Positions 20,101-31,662 of a stretch of 64,000 bases of DNA are shown in pieces (position 1 is the first letter of the stretch; each line of letters opens with the position of its first letter). The notes beneath the pieces were generated by a model. The model worked only from the letters and a program-made list of their open reading frames with translations, did not search any database and was not told where the DNA came from. Position numbers and translations under genes: made by a program. This DNA comes from Psilocybe cubensis (taxonomy: Eukaryota). The stretch spans positions 1 to 64,000 of the forward strand of contig CM039010.1 in NCBI GenBank assembly GCA_017499595.2, in the 5' to 3' direction.

Positions 20101-20714
20101 AGAAGAATATACAAGAACGTTGGGAAAAGCGATTCGCTTTACGAGTCGCAGAGCACGACGAATCCATTCTTGTACTTAAAACCAGATTTGATCAGGTATG
20201 GAATTGGTTTTCAGCTGCTGAACTTGGAAAAACTGTTACCGAGTACTGGTCGGCATGGTATGAACATGCCGAGAAAGGTTTGTATAGTGCAGACTCGTCC
20301 AGACCCCTTATCAAACCAGATCCAAATTACGTTCACGACCTCGATGATGTTCGCCCGGAGCTGTTCACACAGATCCTCGTGGACGGAGAAACTGAGTTCG
20401 TACCGGATTTGAGGAAGATAGGACTACTCGGAAGTCGTTGGATAGTATCGCGAAAACGCAATACTAATCTTTTCGACCTTGCAAATGTGTGGAAGAAAAC
20501 AGTCTTTCGTAAACTGGATGAAGACATCGCTGAAAAAGGTGGTGTTGTTCCCGAAACTCAAAACGTTAATGAAACTTATCATTCTGCTTTAGTTGAAGCT
20601 GCTGAACAGATAAGTATCGAAAGTGATAACGAGATAATACTTCATAGACGTTCAATCTCACAAGAGAGGGAACATCCAGAATTCGGCAGAATATCCAAAT
20701 CTTACAACCGATGA
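17184..20714 (+). CDS. Penelope-like RT polyprotein, subtype B
   Basis: Intact 1176-aa ORF with RT motifs. Confidence 0.95.
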   Translation: MSSTYSAAFSRAMSPTLDALTQAVVNNTVFGVNDEAGRHNALIDELATVVIKKIAECRSIDQIVDCVFFDYRAALREFLLNLASWCDKRETVKASLERLELAVSAGNTPNRLRVKAPEFQLTKEFADAGSAEALRVSSTFSTARDVFQKAINDGAIQAKKDELAFWDDKCALNNCYEAAALIVKTTYDDRKSSYKLPVFSTDNKGVRRITDWVVSPQKKAECSALQTILPAIFSHIKQIVNLRHRALAIKIEKKRSTAATADVEMADATKPGPSIQSLIDKGLNARLKKLNLGSVGKKASSRNPSPIILDTNYYSNYPDFVWPEFVQGSSTSGQESWPFEIQTLVDAFAEEAPNQGFQQGRQQEEREGESSRQERSKGKGKGKSLDARSNVVPFTSVRPAFPNSIPDDILTMTKTDAVSFVHLHTPISFLLAGQYRSSVHCSPGVVVPVDIANDLSLGLNYMFFTLPSQSLIMQAWNDFQRRIRWRIYFLFKEGMNKPFDPDYGVSSKKKEKPPVLPQYMELGLSMGRRYVQRTIASIPEEALTEMRKHAFSPKRDKIRKFLIDNNYVITMTDKNLGLAVSERDWILRNELNLLEDERNYEELEFEVAQEVMKSKMIQMQTLARTVEDEHLFLFELGLSRFFLSNVPEDGSSFKYPQFHGIPKIHKKPTGFRPIIPCHSVVFNPAAKFVSKELKPIIKSTPSIIHGTKDLFTRLSQLRIDPKRQWYFVTGDVVAFYPNIPLDLCIEIVCNMYEEWLLNASEENTALAHINPNSLENNLVKLGIFKRAIEIGNTQLITQHGSRYFRQKNGLAMGVADSPDLANLFGAHFEIKSKILDHPNVAFYGRYIDDCFAIVYAESEALALNLIKETIKFDGCVIEWAVSSSGCQFLDAFIFKESGKLHWKPFVKTGNNRERVPWVSHHPLDVKRGVYIGELSRLAVLCSTKEIYIGAIRDLNALYLMRGYPENLVMSWCKKNIQERWEKRFALRVAEHDESILVLKTRFDQVWNWFSAAELGKTVTEYWSAWYEHAEKGLYSADSSRPLIKPDPNYVHDLDDVRPELFTQILVDGETEFVPDLRKIGLLGSRWIVSRKRNTNLFDLANVWKKTVFRKLDEDIAEKGGVVPETQNVNETYHSALVEAAEQISIESDNEIILHRRSISQEREHPEFGRISKSYNR

Positions 20715-21417
20715 AAAGAATACTAGCGCGTAAGGCGTAAAGCATTAGAAAAAAACCCTAACCGTAAGTATTCCTTGCTACAAAGTAACAAACATCTACT
20801 TACAAGCAACACATTGGATTAAATAGCTAAACCTAAACCTAAACCCTAAACCCTAAACCCTAAGCCCTAACCTAACCCCAACCCTAAGCTAACTAAGTCT
20901 AACCTTAGTAGGAAGTAAGGTAGGCGTGTGAACTTCCGAAAGGCATGTGATTGTGAAGGGCCGGATCTAATTTAGTACATGGGAAAAGTTACTTAGTACC
21001 TCGGGAAAAGTTCCTTAGTACCGTGGAAACATTTTTGATGGACCGGATCATGAACTGTCCAATTAAGATTCACAACAATCAATCAATTGATTGTTAGGTA
21101 AGGACCCAGGTAAGCTATTTATACTCTTGACATGAGAATATTCCCATGTCACGGTTACTCGGAGCCACGTAACCAGAGTATTTTATATCCATGTGATTCA
21201 CATCACAGTCAATAACCCACGATGTCAAAGAACAAAAGTGTTGGATCCACTTTTGACAGGTTACCATGTGCCACATCGACCCGTGACACTCTGTTCATCA
21301 GAGATCTGTCTAACTTGACAATAAACATTGACAGATTTGTGATAGTCGGTAAGATACATGACAGCTGCGCAGCATCACTTCACGCGCTGTCATCGGATGT
21401 TCCAGAACATTCCTTCT

Positions 21418-21493
21418 AAGAATAGCCACTGAAGAGTCTATAAAGACGAAAGGGCTGGCTGCTGATAACAATCAACAGCCCTCTGGCCTTCTT
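21418..21493 (+). ncRNA. Intact hammerhead ribozyme (C17 = 21483)
   Basis: Conserved core and stems. Confidence 0.9.
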
Positions 21494-21574
21494 TCCATTT
21501 AACTCACAGTTTAAACAAGTCGCTCGCACCTCGCTTCGCTCGGTGCTCGCTCCCCCCCTAAACCCTAAACCCTA

Positions 21575-21902
21575 AACAAAAGTGTTGGATCCACTTTTGA
21601 CAGGTTACCATGTGCCACATCGACCCGTGACACTCTGTTCATCAGAGATCTGTCTAACTTGACAATAAACATTGACAGATTTGTGATAGTCGGTAAGATA
21701 CATGACAGCTGCGCAGCATCACTTCACGCGCTGTCATCGGATGTTCCAGAACATTCCTTCTAAGAATAGCCACTGAAGAGTCTATAAAGACGAAAGGGCT
21801 GGCTGCTGATAACAATCAACAGCCCTCTGGCCTTCTTTCCATTTAACTCACAGTTTAAACAAGTCGCTCGCACCTCGCTTCGCTCGGTGCTCGCTCCCCC
21901 CC
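21575..21902 (+). mobile_element. Short 3' fragment of the PLE (~330 bp) with hammerhead at 21762-21837
   Basis: Follows ~3 telomeric repeats and ends at the canonical 3' end. Confidence 0.88.
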
Positions 21903-22629
21903 TAAACCCTAAACCCTAAACCCTAAGCCCTAACCTAACCCCAACCCTAAGCTAACTAAGTCTAACCTTAGTAGGAAGTAAGGTAGGCGTGTGAACTTCC
22001 GAACGGCATGTGATTGTGAAGGGCCGGATCTAATTTAGTACATGGGAAAAGTTACTTAGTACTTCGGGAAAAGTTCCTTAGTACCGTGGAAACATTTTTG
22101 ATGGACCAGATCATGAACTGTCCAATTAAGATTCACAACAATCAATCAGTCTATTGTTTGATTGTTAGGTAAGGACCCAGGTAAGCTATTTATACTCTAG
22201 ACATGTGAATATTCCCATGTCGCGGTTACTCGGAGCCACGTAACCAGAGTTTTCTATATCCATGTGATTCACATCACAGTCAATAACCCACGATGTCAAA
22301 GAACAAAAGTGTTGGATCCACTTTTGACAGGTTACCATATGCCACATTGACCCGTGACACTCTGTTCATCAGAGATCTGTCTAACTTGACAATAAACATT
22401 GACAGATTTGTGATAGTCGGTAAGATACATGACAGCTGCGCAGCATCACTTCACGCGCTGTCATCGGATGTTCCAGAACATTCCTTCTAAGAATAGCCAC
22501 TGAAGAGTCTATAAAGACGAAAGGGCTGGCTGCTGATAACAATCAACAGCCCTCTGGCTTCTTTCCATTTTAACTCCCAGTTTAAACTAGTCGCTCGCAC
22601 CTCGCTTCGCTCGGTGCTCGCTCCCCCCC
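21903..22629 (+). mobile_element. 3'-UTR-only PLE fragment with hammerhead at 22489-22563
   Basis: Begins in the internal telomeric tract and ends at the canonical 3' end. Confidence 0.88.
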
Positions 22630-23280
22630 TAAACCCTAAACCCTAAACCCTAAACCCTAACCTAACCCCAACCCTAAGCTAACTAAGTCTAACCTTAGTA
22701 GGAAGTAAGGTAGGCGTGTGAACTTCCGAACGGCATGTGATTGTGAAGGGCCGGATCTAATTTAGTACATGGGAAAAGTTACTTAGTACTTCGGGAAAAG
22801 TTCCTTAGTACCGTGGAAACATTTTTGATGGACCGGATCATGAACTGTCCAATTAAGATTCACAACAATCAATCATTCTATTGTTTGATTGTTAGGTAAG
22901 GACCCAGGTAAGCTATTTATACTCTAGACATGTGAATATTCCCATGTCGCGGTTACTCGGAGCCACGTAACCAGAGTAATCTATATCCATGTGATTCACA
23001 TCACAGTCAATAACCCACGATGTCAAAGAACAAAAGTGTTGGATCCACTTTTGACAGGTTACCATGTGCCACATCGACCCGTGACACTCTGTTCATCAGA
23101 GACCTGTCTAACTTGACAATAAACATTGACAGATTTGTGATAGTCGGTAAGATACATGACAGCTGCGCAGCATCACTTCACGCGCTGTCATCGGATGTTC
23201 CAGAACATTCCTTCTAAGAATAGCCACTGAAGAGTCTATAAAGACGAAAGGGCTGGCTGCTGATAACAATCAACAGCCCT

Positions 23281-24209
23281 CAAGTACTCGTCCTCTCCCA
23301 AACTCCTGCCGCTTGTGCCTTCCCAACTCATCCGGGAGCCCTTTCGTCACTGATCTTGCCCTTGACTCGGGGACGTTTCATCGACATGTTGGCTGCCTCA
23401 CGGCAAGCGGGGCCCTTTTTCTTTCACTCGCTCACGCCTTCTATGTTGGGTTACGGAGGTCATACAAACTCGTTTTAGTCTAGCTGCGGGGTTATCCAGC
23501 TATGATGACTTTGTAATTCGAGGGCGCGTAGTTCTTCAATGGGTATGGACATCAGGTGAGAGTACACTGGGGGTTGTCAGGACCAGCTCTGCTGGATACG
23601 CTCCTGGCAAGTCGGTTGCAGCCGGCGACACTACCGAATTGCTGGGACGTCCTAAAGCTTGTGGGTACCGCCGACCGCTGGAAACAGCCTAGGCACCGGT
23701 GGCGACCGGGTATGGTAACAATCCCCAAGATTCAGCGAAAGCTGGAATGGATAATCAGCAGCGAATCCGTAACGGTCACGCCGACGGAAGCGTTCAACGA
23801 CTAGGTGGTAGTGGGGTCTTCGGATCTTAAGATATAGTCTTGGGAGTGGGGAAACCCACATCTGGTATCTAAACCGCGCCTCGCTGCTTACGAGGACGGC
23901 CCGAAGTCCAGAACCGCTTAAAACGCGGGTGACCCGGCCTCCCCTTAGTAAAGGGAGTTAACACAAGGATGGACAAATAGTTCGTCGCCGGAAATGAACC
24001 TGTGGCTGTAATGGCTGATGTGGCGCCCCTTGGTAAAGGGCTTAAAGGGTATTAGCCTGCCATGTCCAATGGCATGAGAGTGTCCCTTGGTAAAGGACTT
24101 AATAGGCAATAGCCTGCTCTTTTGTCATGAGCGGTATGTAGTGATCGTTTGCCTGTACGGTAGCGCCCATTGCTTGCACTGGTCCACGCCCGTAAAAAAT
24201 CACGAGCCG
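23281..24209 (+). ncRNA. Group I intron (full, 929 nt) splitting the hammerhead
   Basis: CAGCCCT|CAAGTAC...GAGCCG|CTGGCC. Near-identical to 810-1738. Confidence 0.92.
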
Positions 24210-24323
24210 CTGGCCTTCTTTCTATTTCAAACTCACAGTTTAAACTAGTCGCTCGCACCTCGCTTCGCTCGGTGCTCGCTCCCCCCCTAAACCCAACGAC
24301 TTTGCTATCACCCATCAGTTACC

Positions 24324-27300
24324 ATGTCATCCCAATACTCTGCTGCATTCTCTCGTGCCATGTCCCCTACCCTGGACGCACTCACCCAGGCCGTCGTCAA
24401 CAACACTGTCTTCGGCGTCAACGATGAAGCAGGCCGCCATAACGCTCTTATCGACGAGCTGGCCACTGTGGTCATCAAAAAAATAGCTGAGTGCCGCTCC
24501 GTTGACCAAGTCATAGACTGCGTCTTTTTTGACTATCGTGCTGCCCTCAGGGAGTTTCTCCTCAACCTCGCATCGTGGTGCGACAAGAGGGAAACAGTCA
24601 AGGCTAGCCTCGAGCGCCTTGAATCTGCCGTTAGCGCAGGCAACACGCCCAATCGCCTTAAGGTGAAGGCACCCGAGTTCCAACTTACGAAGGAATTCGC
24701 GGATGCCGGGTCAGCGGAGGCTCTTCGAGTCTCCACTACGTTCTCTTCCGCTCGTGATGCCTTCCAAAAGGCAATTAACGACGGCGCCGTTCAGGCGAAA
24801 AAGGACGAGCTGGCTTTTTGGGATGATAAATGCGCGCTCAACTCTTGCTACGAAGCTGCTGCCCTCATCGTTAAGGCAACTTACGATGATCGCAAATCCA
24901 GCTACAAGCTCCCTGTTTTCTCTACAGACAACAAGGGAGTTCGACGTATAGCAGAGTGGGTAGTGTCTCCGCAAAAGAAAGCCGAATGCAGTGCGCTGCA
25001 AACTATACTGCCGGCGATCTTTTCTCATATCAAACAGATTGTCAACATGCGCCACCGCGCCTTGGCAATTAAGATTGAGAAAAAGCGGACGACTGCGGCA
25101 ACAGCCGATGTCGAGATGGCCGATGCGACCAAACCAGGTCCATCGATTCAATCCCTTATTGATAAGGGCTTGAATGCACGTCTCAAAAAGCTCAACCTTG
25201 GATCTGTGGGCAAGAAGGCAAGTTTTCGTAACCCTTCACCCATAATTCTGGACACTAATTATTACTCTAATTACCCAGACTTTGTCTGGCCAGAATTCGT
25301 CCAAGGCTCCTCAACCTCAGGCCAGGAAAGCTGGCCCTTCGAAACCCAAGTCGTCGTCGACGCCTTCGCAGAGGAAGCCTCAAACCAAGGCTTCCAACAA
25401 GGTCGACAACAAGAAGAAAGGGAAGGGGAGAGCTCCCGTCAAGAACAACGATCCAAAGGGAAAGGGAAAGGCAATAGCCTAGACGCGCGGTCTACTGTAG
25501 CATCATTTACGTCGGTGAGACCCGCCTTCCCCAACTCTATTCCTGACGATATACTCACCATGACTAAAACAGACGCAGTTTCTTTTGTACACCTCAATAC
25601 CCCGATTTCATTCTTATTGGCTGGCCAGTATAGATCTAGTGTACACTGTAGTCCTGGTGTTTCGGTCCCTGTTGATGTAGCAAATGATTTATCTCTTGGA
25701 CTCAATTATATGTTTTTTACACTGCCTTCTAAAAGTCTGATCATGCAAGCATGGAATGATTTTCAACGAAGAATAAGATGGCGTATCTATTTTTTGTTTA
25801 AAGAAGGCATGAATAAACCTTTCGATCCAGACTATGGAGTAAGCTCTAAAAAGAAAGAGAAACCTCCAATGTTACCGCAATTTATGGAACTTGGCCTTTC
25901 AATGGGACGTCGGTACGTTATTAAAACGATCGCAAGTATCCCGGAAGAAGCCCTTAAAGAGATGCGAAAGCACGCGTTCTCTCCTAAAAGGGACAAGATC
26001 CAAAAGTTTCTTTTCGATAACAACTATGTTATTACGATGACAGATAAGAATCTTGGCCTCGCGGTGTCTGAACGCGACTGGATATTAAGGAATGAGCTCA
26101 ATCTTCTTGAAGATGAACGCAACTACGAAGAGTTAGAATTCGAAGTTGCGCAAGAAGTTATGAAGAGCAAAATGATTCAGATGCAAACTCTCGCACGTAC
26201 CGTCGAAGATGAACATCTGTTTCTATTTGAACTTGGGTTGTCTCGATTCTTTCTATCGAATGTACCGGAAGACGGATCATCGTTCAAGTATCCTCAATTT
26301 CATGGTATACCTAAAATCCACAAGAAACCTACTGGATTTAGGCCCATAATTCCGTGTCACTCTGTAGTATTTAATCCTGCAGCCAAGTTTGTATCAAAAG
26401 AGCTTAAGCCGATTATTAAATCGACTCCTTCAATCATTCACGGAACGAAGGATCTCTTTACGAGATTAAGCCAATTGCGTATAGACCCCAAACGACAATG
26501 GTATTTTGTCACCGGGGATGTAGTTGCTTTCTATCCCAATATTCCGTTGGACTTGTGCATCGAAATCGTTTGTAATATGTACGAGGAATGGTTACTCAAC
26601 GCTTCGGAAGAAAACACTGCATTAGCCCATATTAATCCAAATTCGTTAGAGAATAACTTGGTTAAATTGGGCATCTTTAAACGTGCTATCAAGATTGGCA
26701 ATACGCAATTGATAACACAACATGGGTCTAGATATTTTAGACAAAAAAATGGCCTCGCAATGGGCGTCGCGGATTCTCCGGACCTTGCTAACCTCTTTGG
26801 AGCCCATTTTGAAATAAAGTCAAAAATCTTAGACCACCCAAACGTGGCCTTCTATGGAAGGTACATCGACGATTGTTTCGCAATTGTTTACGCCGAGTCC
26901 GAAGCACTTGCACTTAATCTTATTAAAGAAACAATAAAGTTCGATGGTTGTGTTATCGAATGGGCTGTTTCCTCGTCGGGATGTCAATTTCTCGATGCTT
27001 TCATATTCAAGGAGTCTGGAAAACTTCATTGGAAGCCATTTGTCAAGACAGGAAACAACCGAGAACGAGTTCCATGGGTATCACATCATCCTTTGGACGT
27101 CAAACGTGGCGTCTACATTGGAGAGTTATCCAGGTTAGCCGTGCTATGTAGTACCAAGGAAATCTACATCGGAGCAATTAGAGACCTTAACGCTCTCTAT
27201 TTGATGCGCGGTTATCCCGAAAACCTAGTCATGTCTTGGTGTAAGAAGAATATACAAGAACGTTGGGAAAAGCGATTCGCTTTACGAGTCGCAGAGCACG

Positions 27301-27857
27301 ACGAATCCATTCTTGTACTTAAAACCAGATTTGATCAGGTATGGAATTGGTTTTCAGCTGCTGAACTTGGAAAGACTGTTACCGAGTACTGGTCGGCATG
27401 GTATGAACATGCCGAGAAAGGTCTGTATAGTGCAGACTCGTCCAGACCCCTTATCAAACCAGATCCAAATTACGTTCACGACCTCGATGATGTTCGCCCG
27501 GAGCTGTTCACACAGATCCTCGTGGACGGAGAAACTGAGTTCGTACCGGATTTGAGGAAGATAGGACTACTCGGAAGTCGTTGGATAGTATCGCGAAAGC
27601 GCAATACTAATCTTTTCGACCTTGCAAATGTGTGGAAGAAAACAGTCTTTCGTAAACTGGATGAAAACATCGCTGAAAAAGGTGGTGTTGTTCCCGAAAC
27701 TCAAAACGTTAATGAAACTTATCATTCTGCTCTAGTTGAAGCTGCTGAACAGATAAGTATCGAAAGTGATAACGAGATAATACTTCATAGACGTTCAACC
27801 TCACAAGAGAGGGAACATCCAGAATTCGGCAGAATATCCAAATCTTACAACCGATGA
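24324..27857 (+). CDS. Penelope-like RT polyprotein, subtype A
   Basis: Intact 1177-aa ORF with RT motifs. Confidence 0.95.
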   Translation: MSSQYSAAFSRAMSPTLDALTQAVVNNTVFGVNDEAGRHNALIDELATVVIKKIAECRSVDQVIDCVFFDYRAALREFLLNLASWCDKRETVKASLERLESAVSAGNTPNRLKVKAPEFQLTKEFADAGSAEALRVSTTFSSARDAFQKAINDGAVQAKKDELAFWDDKCALNSCYEAAALIVKATYDDRKSSYKLPVFSTDNKGVRRIAEWVVSPQKKAECSALQTILPAIFSHIKQIVNMRHRALAIKIEKKRTTAATADVEMADATKPGPSIQSLIDKGLNARLKKLNLGSVGKKASFRNPSPIILDTNYYSNYPDFVWPEFVQGSSTSGQESWPFETQVVVDAFAEEASNQGFQQGRQQEEREGESSRQEQRSKGKGKGNSLDARSTVASFTSVRPAFPNSIPDDILTMTKTDAVSFVHLNTPISFLLAGQYRSSVHCSPGVSVPVDVANDLSLGLNYMFFTLPSKSLIMQAWNDFQRRIRWRIYFLFKEGMNKPFDPDYGVSSKKKEKPPMLPQFMELGLSMGRRYVIKTIASIPEEALKEMRKHAFSPKRDKIQKFLFDNNYVITMTDKNLGLAVSERDWILRNELNLLEDERNYEELEFEVAQEVMKSKMIQMQTLARTVEDEHLFLFELGLSRFFLSNVPEDGSSFKYPQFHGIPKIHKKPTGFRPIIPCHSVVFNPAAKFVSKELKPIIKSTPSIIHGTKDLFTRLSQLRIDPKRQWYFVTGDVVAFYPNIPLDLCIEIVCNMYEEWLLNASEENTALAHINPNSLENNLVKLGIFKRAIKIGNTQLITQHGSRYFRQKNGLAMGVADSPDLANLFGAHFEIKSKILDHPNVAFYGRYIDDCFAIVYAESEALALNLIKETIKFDGCVIEWAVSSSGCQFLDAFIFKESGKLHWKPFVKTGNNRERVPWVSHHPLDVKRGVYIGELSRLAVLCSTKEIYIGAIRDLNALYLMRGYPENLVMSWCKKNIQERWEKRFALRVAEHDESILVLKTRFDQVWNWFSAAELGKTVTEYWSAWYEHAEKGLYSADSSRPLIKPDPNYVHDLDDVRPELFTQILVDGETEFVPDLRKIGLLGSRWIVSRKRNTNLFDLANVWKKTVFRKLDENIAEKGGVVPETQNVNETYHSALVEAAEQISIESDNEIILHRRSTSQEREHPEFGRISKSYNR

Positions 27858-28562
27858 AAAGAATACTAGCGCGTAAGGCGTAAAGCATTAGAAAAAAACC
27901 CTAACCGTAAGTATTCCTTGCTATAAAGTAACAAACATCTACTTACAAGCAACACTTTGGATTAAATAGCTAAACCTAAACCCTAAACCCTAAACCCTAA
28001 ACCCTAACCTAACCCCAACCCTAAGCTAACTAAGTCTAACCTTAGTAGGAAGTAAGGTAGGCGTGTGAACTTCCGAACGGCATGTGATTGTGAAGGGCCG
28101 GATCTAATTTAGTACATGGGAAAAGTTACTTAGTACTTCGGGAAAAGTTCCTTAGTACCGTGGAAACATTTTTGATGGACCGGATCATGAACTGTCCAAT
28201 TAAGATTCACAACAATCAATCATTCTATTGTTTGATTGTTAGGTAAGGACCCAGGTAAGCTATTTATACTCTAGACATGTGAATATTCCCATGTCGCGGT
28301 TACTCGGAGCCACGTAACCAGAGTAATCTATATCCATGTGATTCACATCACAGTCAATAACCCACGATGTCAAAGAACAAAAGTGTTGGATCCACTTTTG
28401 ACAGGTTACCATGTGCCACATCGACCCGTGACACTCTGTTCATCAGAGACCTGTCTAACTTGACAATAAACATTGACAGATTTGTGATAGTCGGTAAGAT
28501 ACATGACAGCTGCGCAGCATCACTTCACGCGCTGTCATCGGATGTTCCAGAACATTCCTTCT

Positions 28563-28638
28563 AAGAATAGCCACTGAAGAGTCTATAAAGACGAAAGGGC
28601 TGGCTGCTGATAACAATCAACAGCCCTCTGGCCTTCTT
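28563..28638 (+). ncRNA. Intact hammerhead ribozyme (C17 = 28628)
   Basis: Conserved core and stems. Confidence 0.9.
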
Positions 28639-28713
28639 TCTATTTCAAACTCACAGTTTAAACTAGTCGCTCGCACCTCGCTTCGCTCGGTGCTCGCTCC
28701 CCCCCTAAACCCT

Positions 28714-28798
28714 AACAGCCCTCTGGCTTCTTTCCATTTTAACTCCCAGTTTAAACTAGTCGCTCGCACCTCGCTTCGCTCGGTGCTCGCTCCCCCCC
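28714..28798 (+). mobile_element. Minimal ~85-bp 3'-terminal PLE fragment
   Basis: AACAGCCCTCTGGC...TCGCTCCCCCCC flanked by telomeric repeats on both sides. Confidence 0.88.
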
Positions 28799-28835
28799 TA
28801 AACCCTAAACCCTAAACCCTAAACCCTAAACCCTA

Positions 28836-31000
28836 ATCCCAATATTCCGTTGGACTTGTGCATCGAAATCGTTTGTAGTATGTACGAGGAATGGTTACTC
28901 AATGCTTCGGAAGAAAACACTGCATTAGCCCATATTAATCCAAATTCGTTAGAGAATAACTTGGTTAAATTGGGCATCTTTAAACGTGCTATCGAGATTG
29001 GCAATACGCAATTGATAACACAACATGGGTCTAGATATTTTAGACAAAAAAATGGCCTCGCAATGGGCGTCGCGGATTCTCCGGACCTTGCTAACCTCTT
29101 TGGAGCCCATTTTGAAATAAAGTCAAAAATCTTAGACCACCCTAATGTGGCCTTCTATGGAAGGTACATCGACGATTGTTTTGCAATTGTTTACGCCGAG
29201 TCCGAAGCACTTGCACTTAATTTAATTAAAGAAACAATAAAGTTCGATGGTTGTGTTATCGAATGGGCTGTTTCCTCGTCGGGATGTCAATTTCTCGATG
29301 CTTTCATATTCAAGGAGTCTGGAAAACTTCATTGGAAGCCTTTTGTCAAGACAGGAAACAACCGAGAACGAGTTCCATGGGTATCACATCATCCTTTAGA
29401 CGTCAAACGTGGCGTTTACATTGGAGAGTTATCCAGGTTAGCCGTGCTATGTAGTACCAAGGAAATCTACATTGGAGCAATTAGAGACCTTAACGCTCTC
29501 TATTTGATGCGCGGTTATCCCGAAAACCTAGTCATGTCTTGGTGTAAGAAGAATATACAAGAACGTTGGGAAAAGCGATTCGCTTTACGAATCGCAGAGC
29601 ACGACGAATCCATTCTTGTACTTAAAACCAGGTTTGATCAGGTATGGAATTGGTTTTCAGCTGCTGAACTTGGAAAAACTGTTACCGAGTACTGGTCGGC
29701 ATGGTATGAACATGCCGAGAAAGGTCTGTATAGTGTAGACTCGTCCAGACCCCTTATCAAACCAGATCCAAATTACGTTCACGACCTCGATGATGTTCGC
29801 CCGGAGCTGTTCACACAGATCCTCGTGGACGGAGAAACTGAGTTCGTACCGGATTTGAGGAAGATAGGACTACTCGGAAGTCGTTGGATAGTATCGCGAA
29901 AGCGCAATACTAATCTTTTCGACCTTGCAAATGTGTGGAAGAAAACAGTTTTTCGTAAACTGGATGAAGACATTGCCGAAAAAGGTGGTGTTGTTCCCGA
30001 AACTCAAAACGTTAATGAAACTTATCATTCTGCTCTAGTTGAAGCTGCTGAACAGATAAGTATCGAAAGCGATAACGAGATAATACTTCATAGACGTTCA
30101 ATCTCACAAGAGAGGGAACATCCAGAATTCGGCAGAATATCCAAATCTTACAACCGATGAAAAGAATACTAGCGCTTAAGGCGTAAAGCATTAGAAAAAA
30201 ACCCTAACCGTAAGTATTCATTGCTATAAAGTAACAAACATCTACTTACAAGCAACACATTGGATTAAATAGCTAAACCTAAACCTAAACCCTAAACCCT
30301 AAACCCTAAGCCCTAACCTAACCCCAACCCTAAGCTAACTAAGTCTAACCTTAGTAGGAAGTAAGGTAGGCGTGTGAACTTCCGAACGGCATGTGATTGT
30401 GAAGGGCCGGATCTAATTTAGTACATGGGAAAAGTTACTTAGTACTTCGGGAAAAGTTCCTTAGTACCGTGGAAACATTTTTGATGGACCGGATCATGAA
30501 CTGTCCAATTAAGATTCACAACAATCAATCAATTGATTGTTAGGTAAGGACCCAGGTAAGCTATTTATACTCTTGACATGTGAATATTCCCATGTCGCGG
30601 TTACTCGGAGCCACGTAACCAGAGTAATCTATATCCATGTGATTCACATCACAGTCAATAACCCACGATGTCAAAGAACAAAAGTGTTGGATCCACTTTT
30701 GACAGGTTACCATGTGCCACATTGACCCGTGACACTCTGTTCATCAGAGACCTGTCTAACTTGACAATAAACATTGACAGATTTGTGATAGTCGGTAAGA
30801 TACATGACAGCTGCACAGCATCACTTCACGCGCTGTCATCGGATGTCTAGAACATTCCTTCTAAGAATAGCCACTGAAGAGTCTATAAAGACGAAAGGGC
30901 TGGTTGTTGGTACCCCCCAACAGCCCTCTGGCCTTCTTTCCATTTAACTCACAGTTTAAACAAGTCGCTCGCACCTCGCTTCGCTCGGTGCTCGCTCCCA
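28836..31000 (+). mobile_element. PLE copy 6, 5'-truncated within RT motif A; hammerhead at 30863-30938
   Basis: Telomeric repeats join to (A)TCCCAATATTCCG, within the YPNIP motif. Confidence 0.9.
28850..30160 (+). pseudogene. 5'-truncated RT ORF (C-terminal 436 aa)
   Basis: Lacks the N-terminus and the motif A Asp. Retains RYIDD. Confidence 0.9.
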
Positions 31001-31662
31001 CCCTAAAAACCTAAACCCTAAACCCTAAACCCTAAGCCCTAACCTAACCCCAACCCTAAGCTAACTAAGTCTAACCTTAGTAGGAAGTAAGGTAGGCGTG
31101 TGAACTTCCGAACGGCATGTGATTGTGAAGGGCCGGATCTAATTTAGTACATGGGAAAAGTTACTTAGTACTTCGGGAAAAGTTCCTTAGTACCGTGGAA
31201 ACATTTTTGATGGACCAGATCATGAACTGTCCAATTAAGATTCACAACAATCAATCAGTCTATTGTTTGATTGTTAGGTAAGGACCCAGGTAAGCTATTT
31301 ATACTCTAGACATGTGAATATTCCCATGTCGCGGTTACTCGGAGCCACGTAACCAGAGTTTTCTATATCCATGTGATTCACATCACAGTCAATAACCCAC
31401 GATGTCAAAGAACAAAAGTGTTGGATCCACTTTTGACAGGTTACCATATGCCACATTGACCCGTGACACTCTGTTCATCAGAGATCTGTCTAACTTGACA
31501 ATAAACATTGACAGATTTGTGATAGTCGGTAAGATACATGACAGCTGCGCAGCATCACTTCACGCACTGTCATCGGATGTTCCAGAACATTCCTTCTAAG
31601 AATAGCCACTGAAGAGTCTATAAAGACGAAAGGGCTGGCTGCTGATAACAATCAACAGCCCT

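Larger units (their letters stand above)
11762..21558 (+). mobile_element. Uninterrupted ~2.2-mer of subtype B (copies 3 and 4), period 4411 bp
   Basis: ORF starts at 12773 and 17184. No added telomeric spacer at the unit junctions. Confidence 0.9.
22630..28705 (+). mobile_element. PLE copy 5 (subtype A) with group I intron in leader
   Basis: Same layout as copy 1. Confidence 0.9.
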
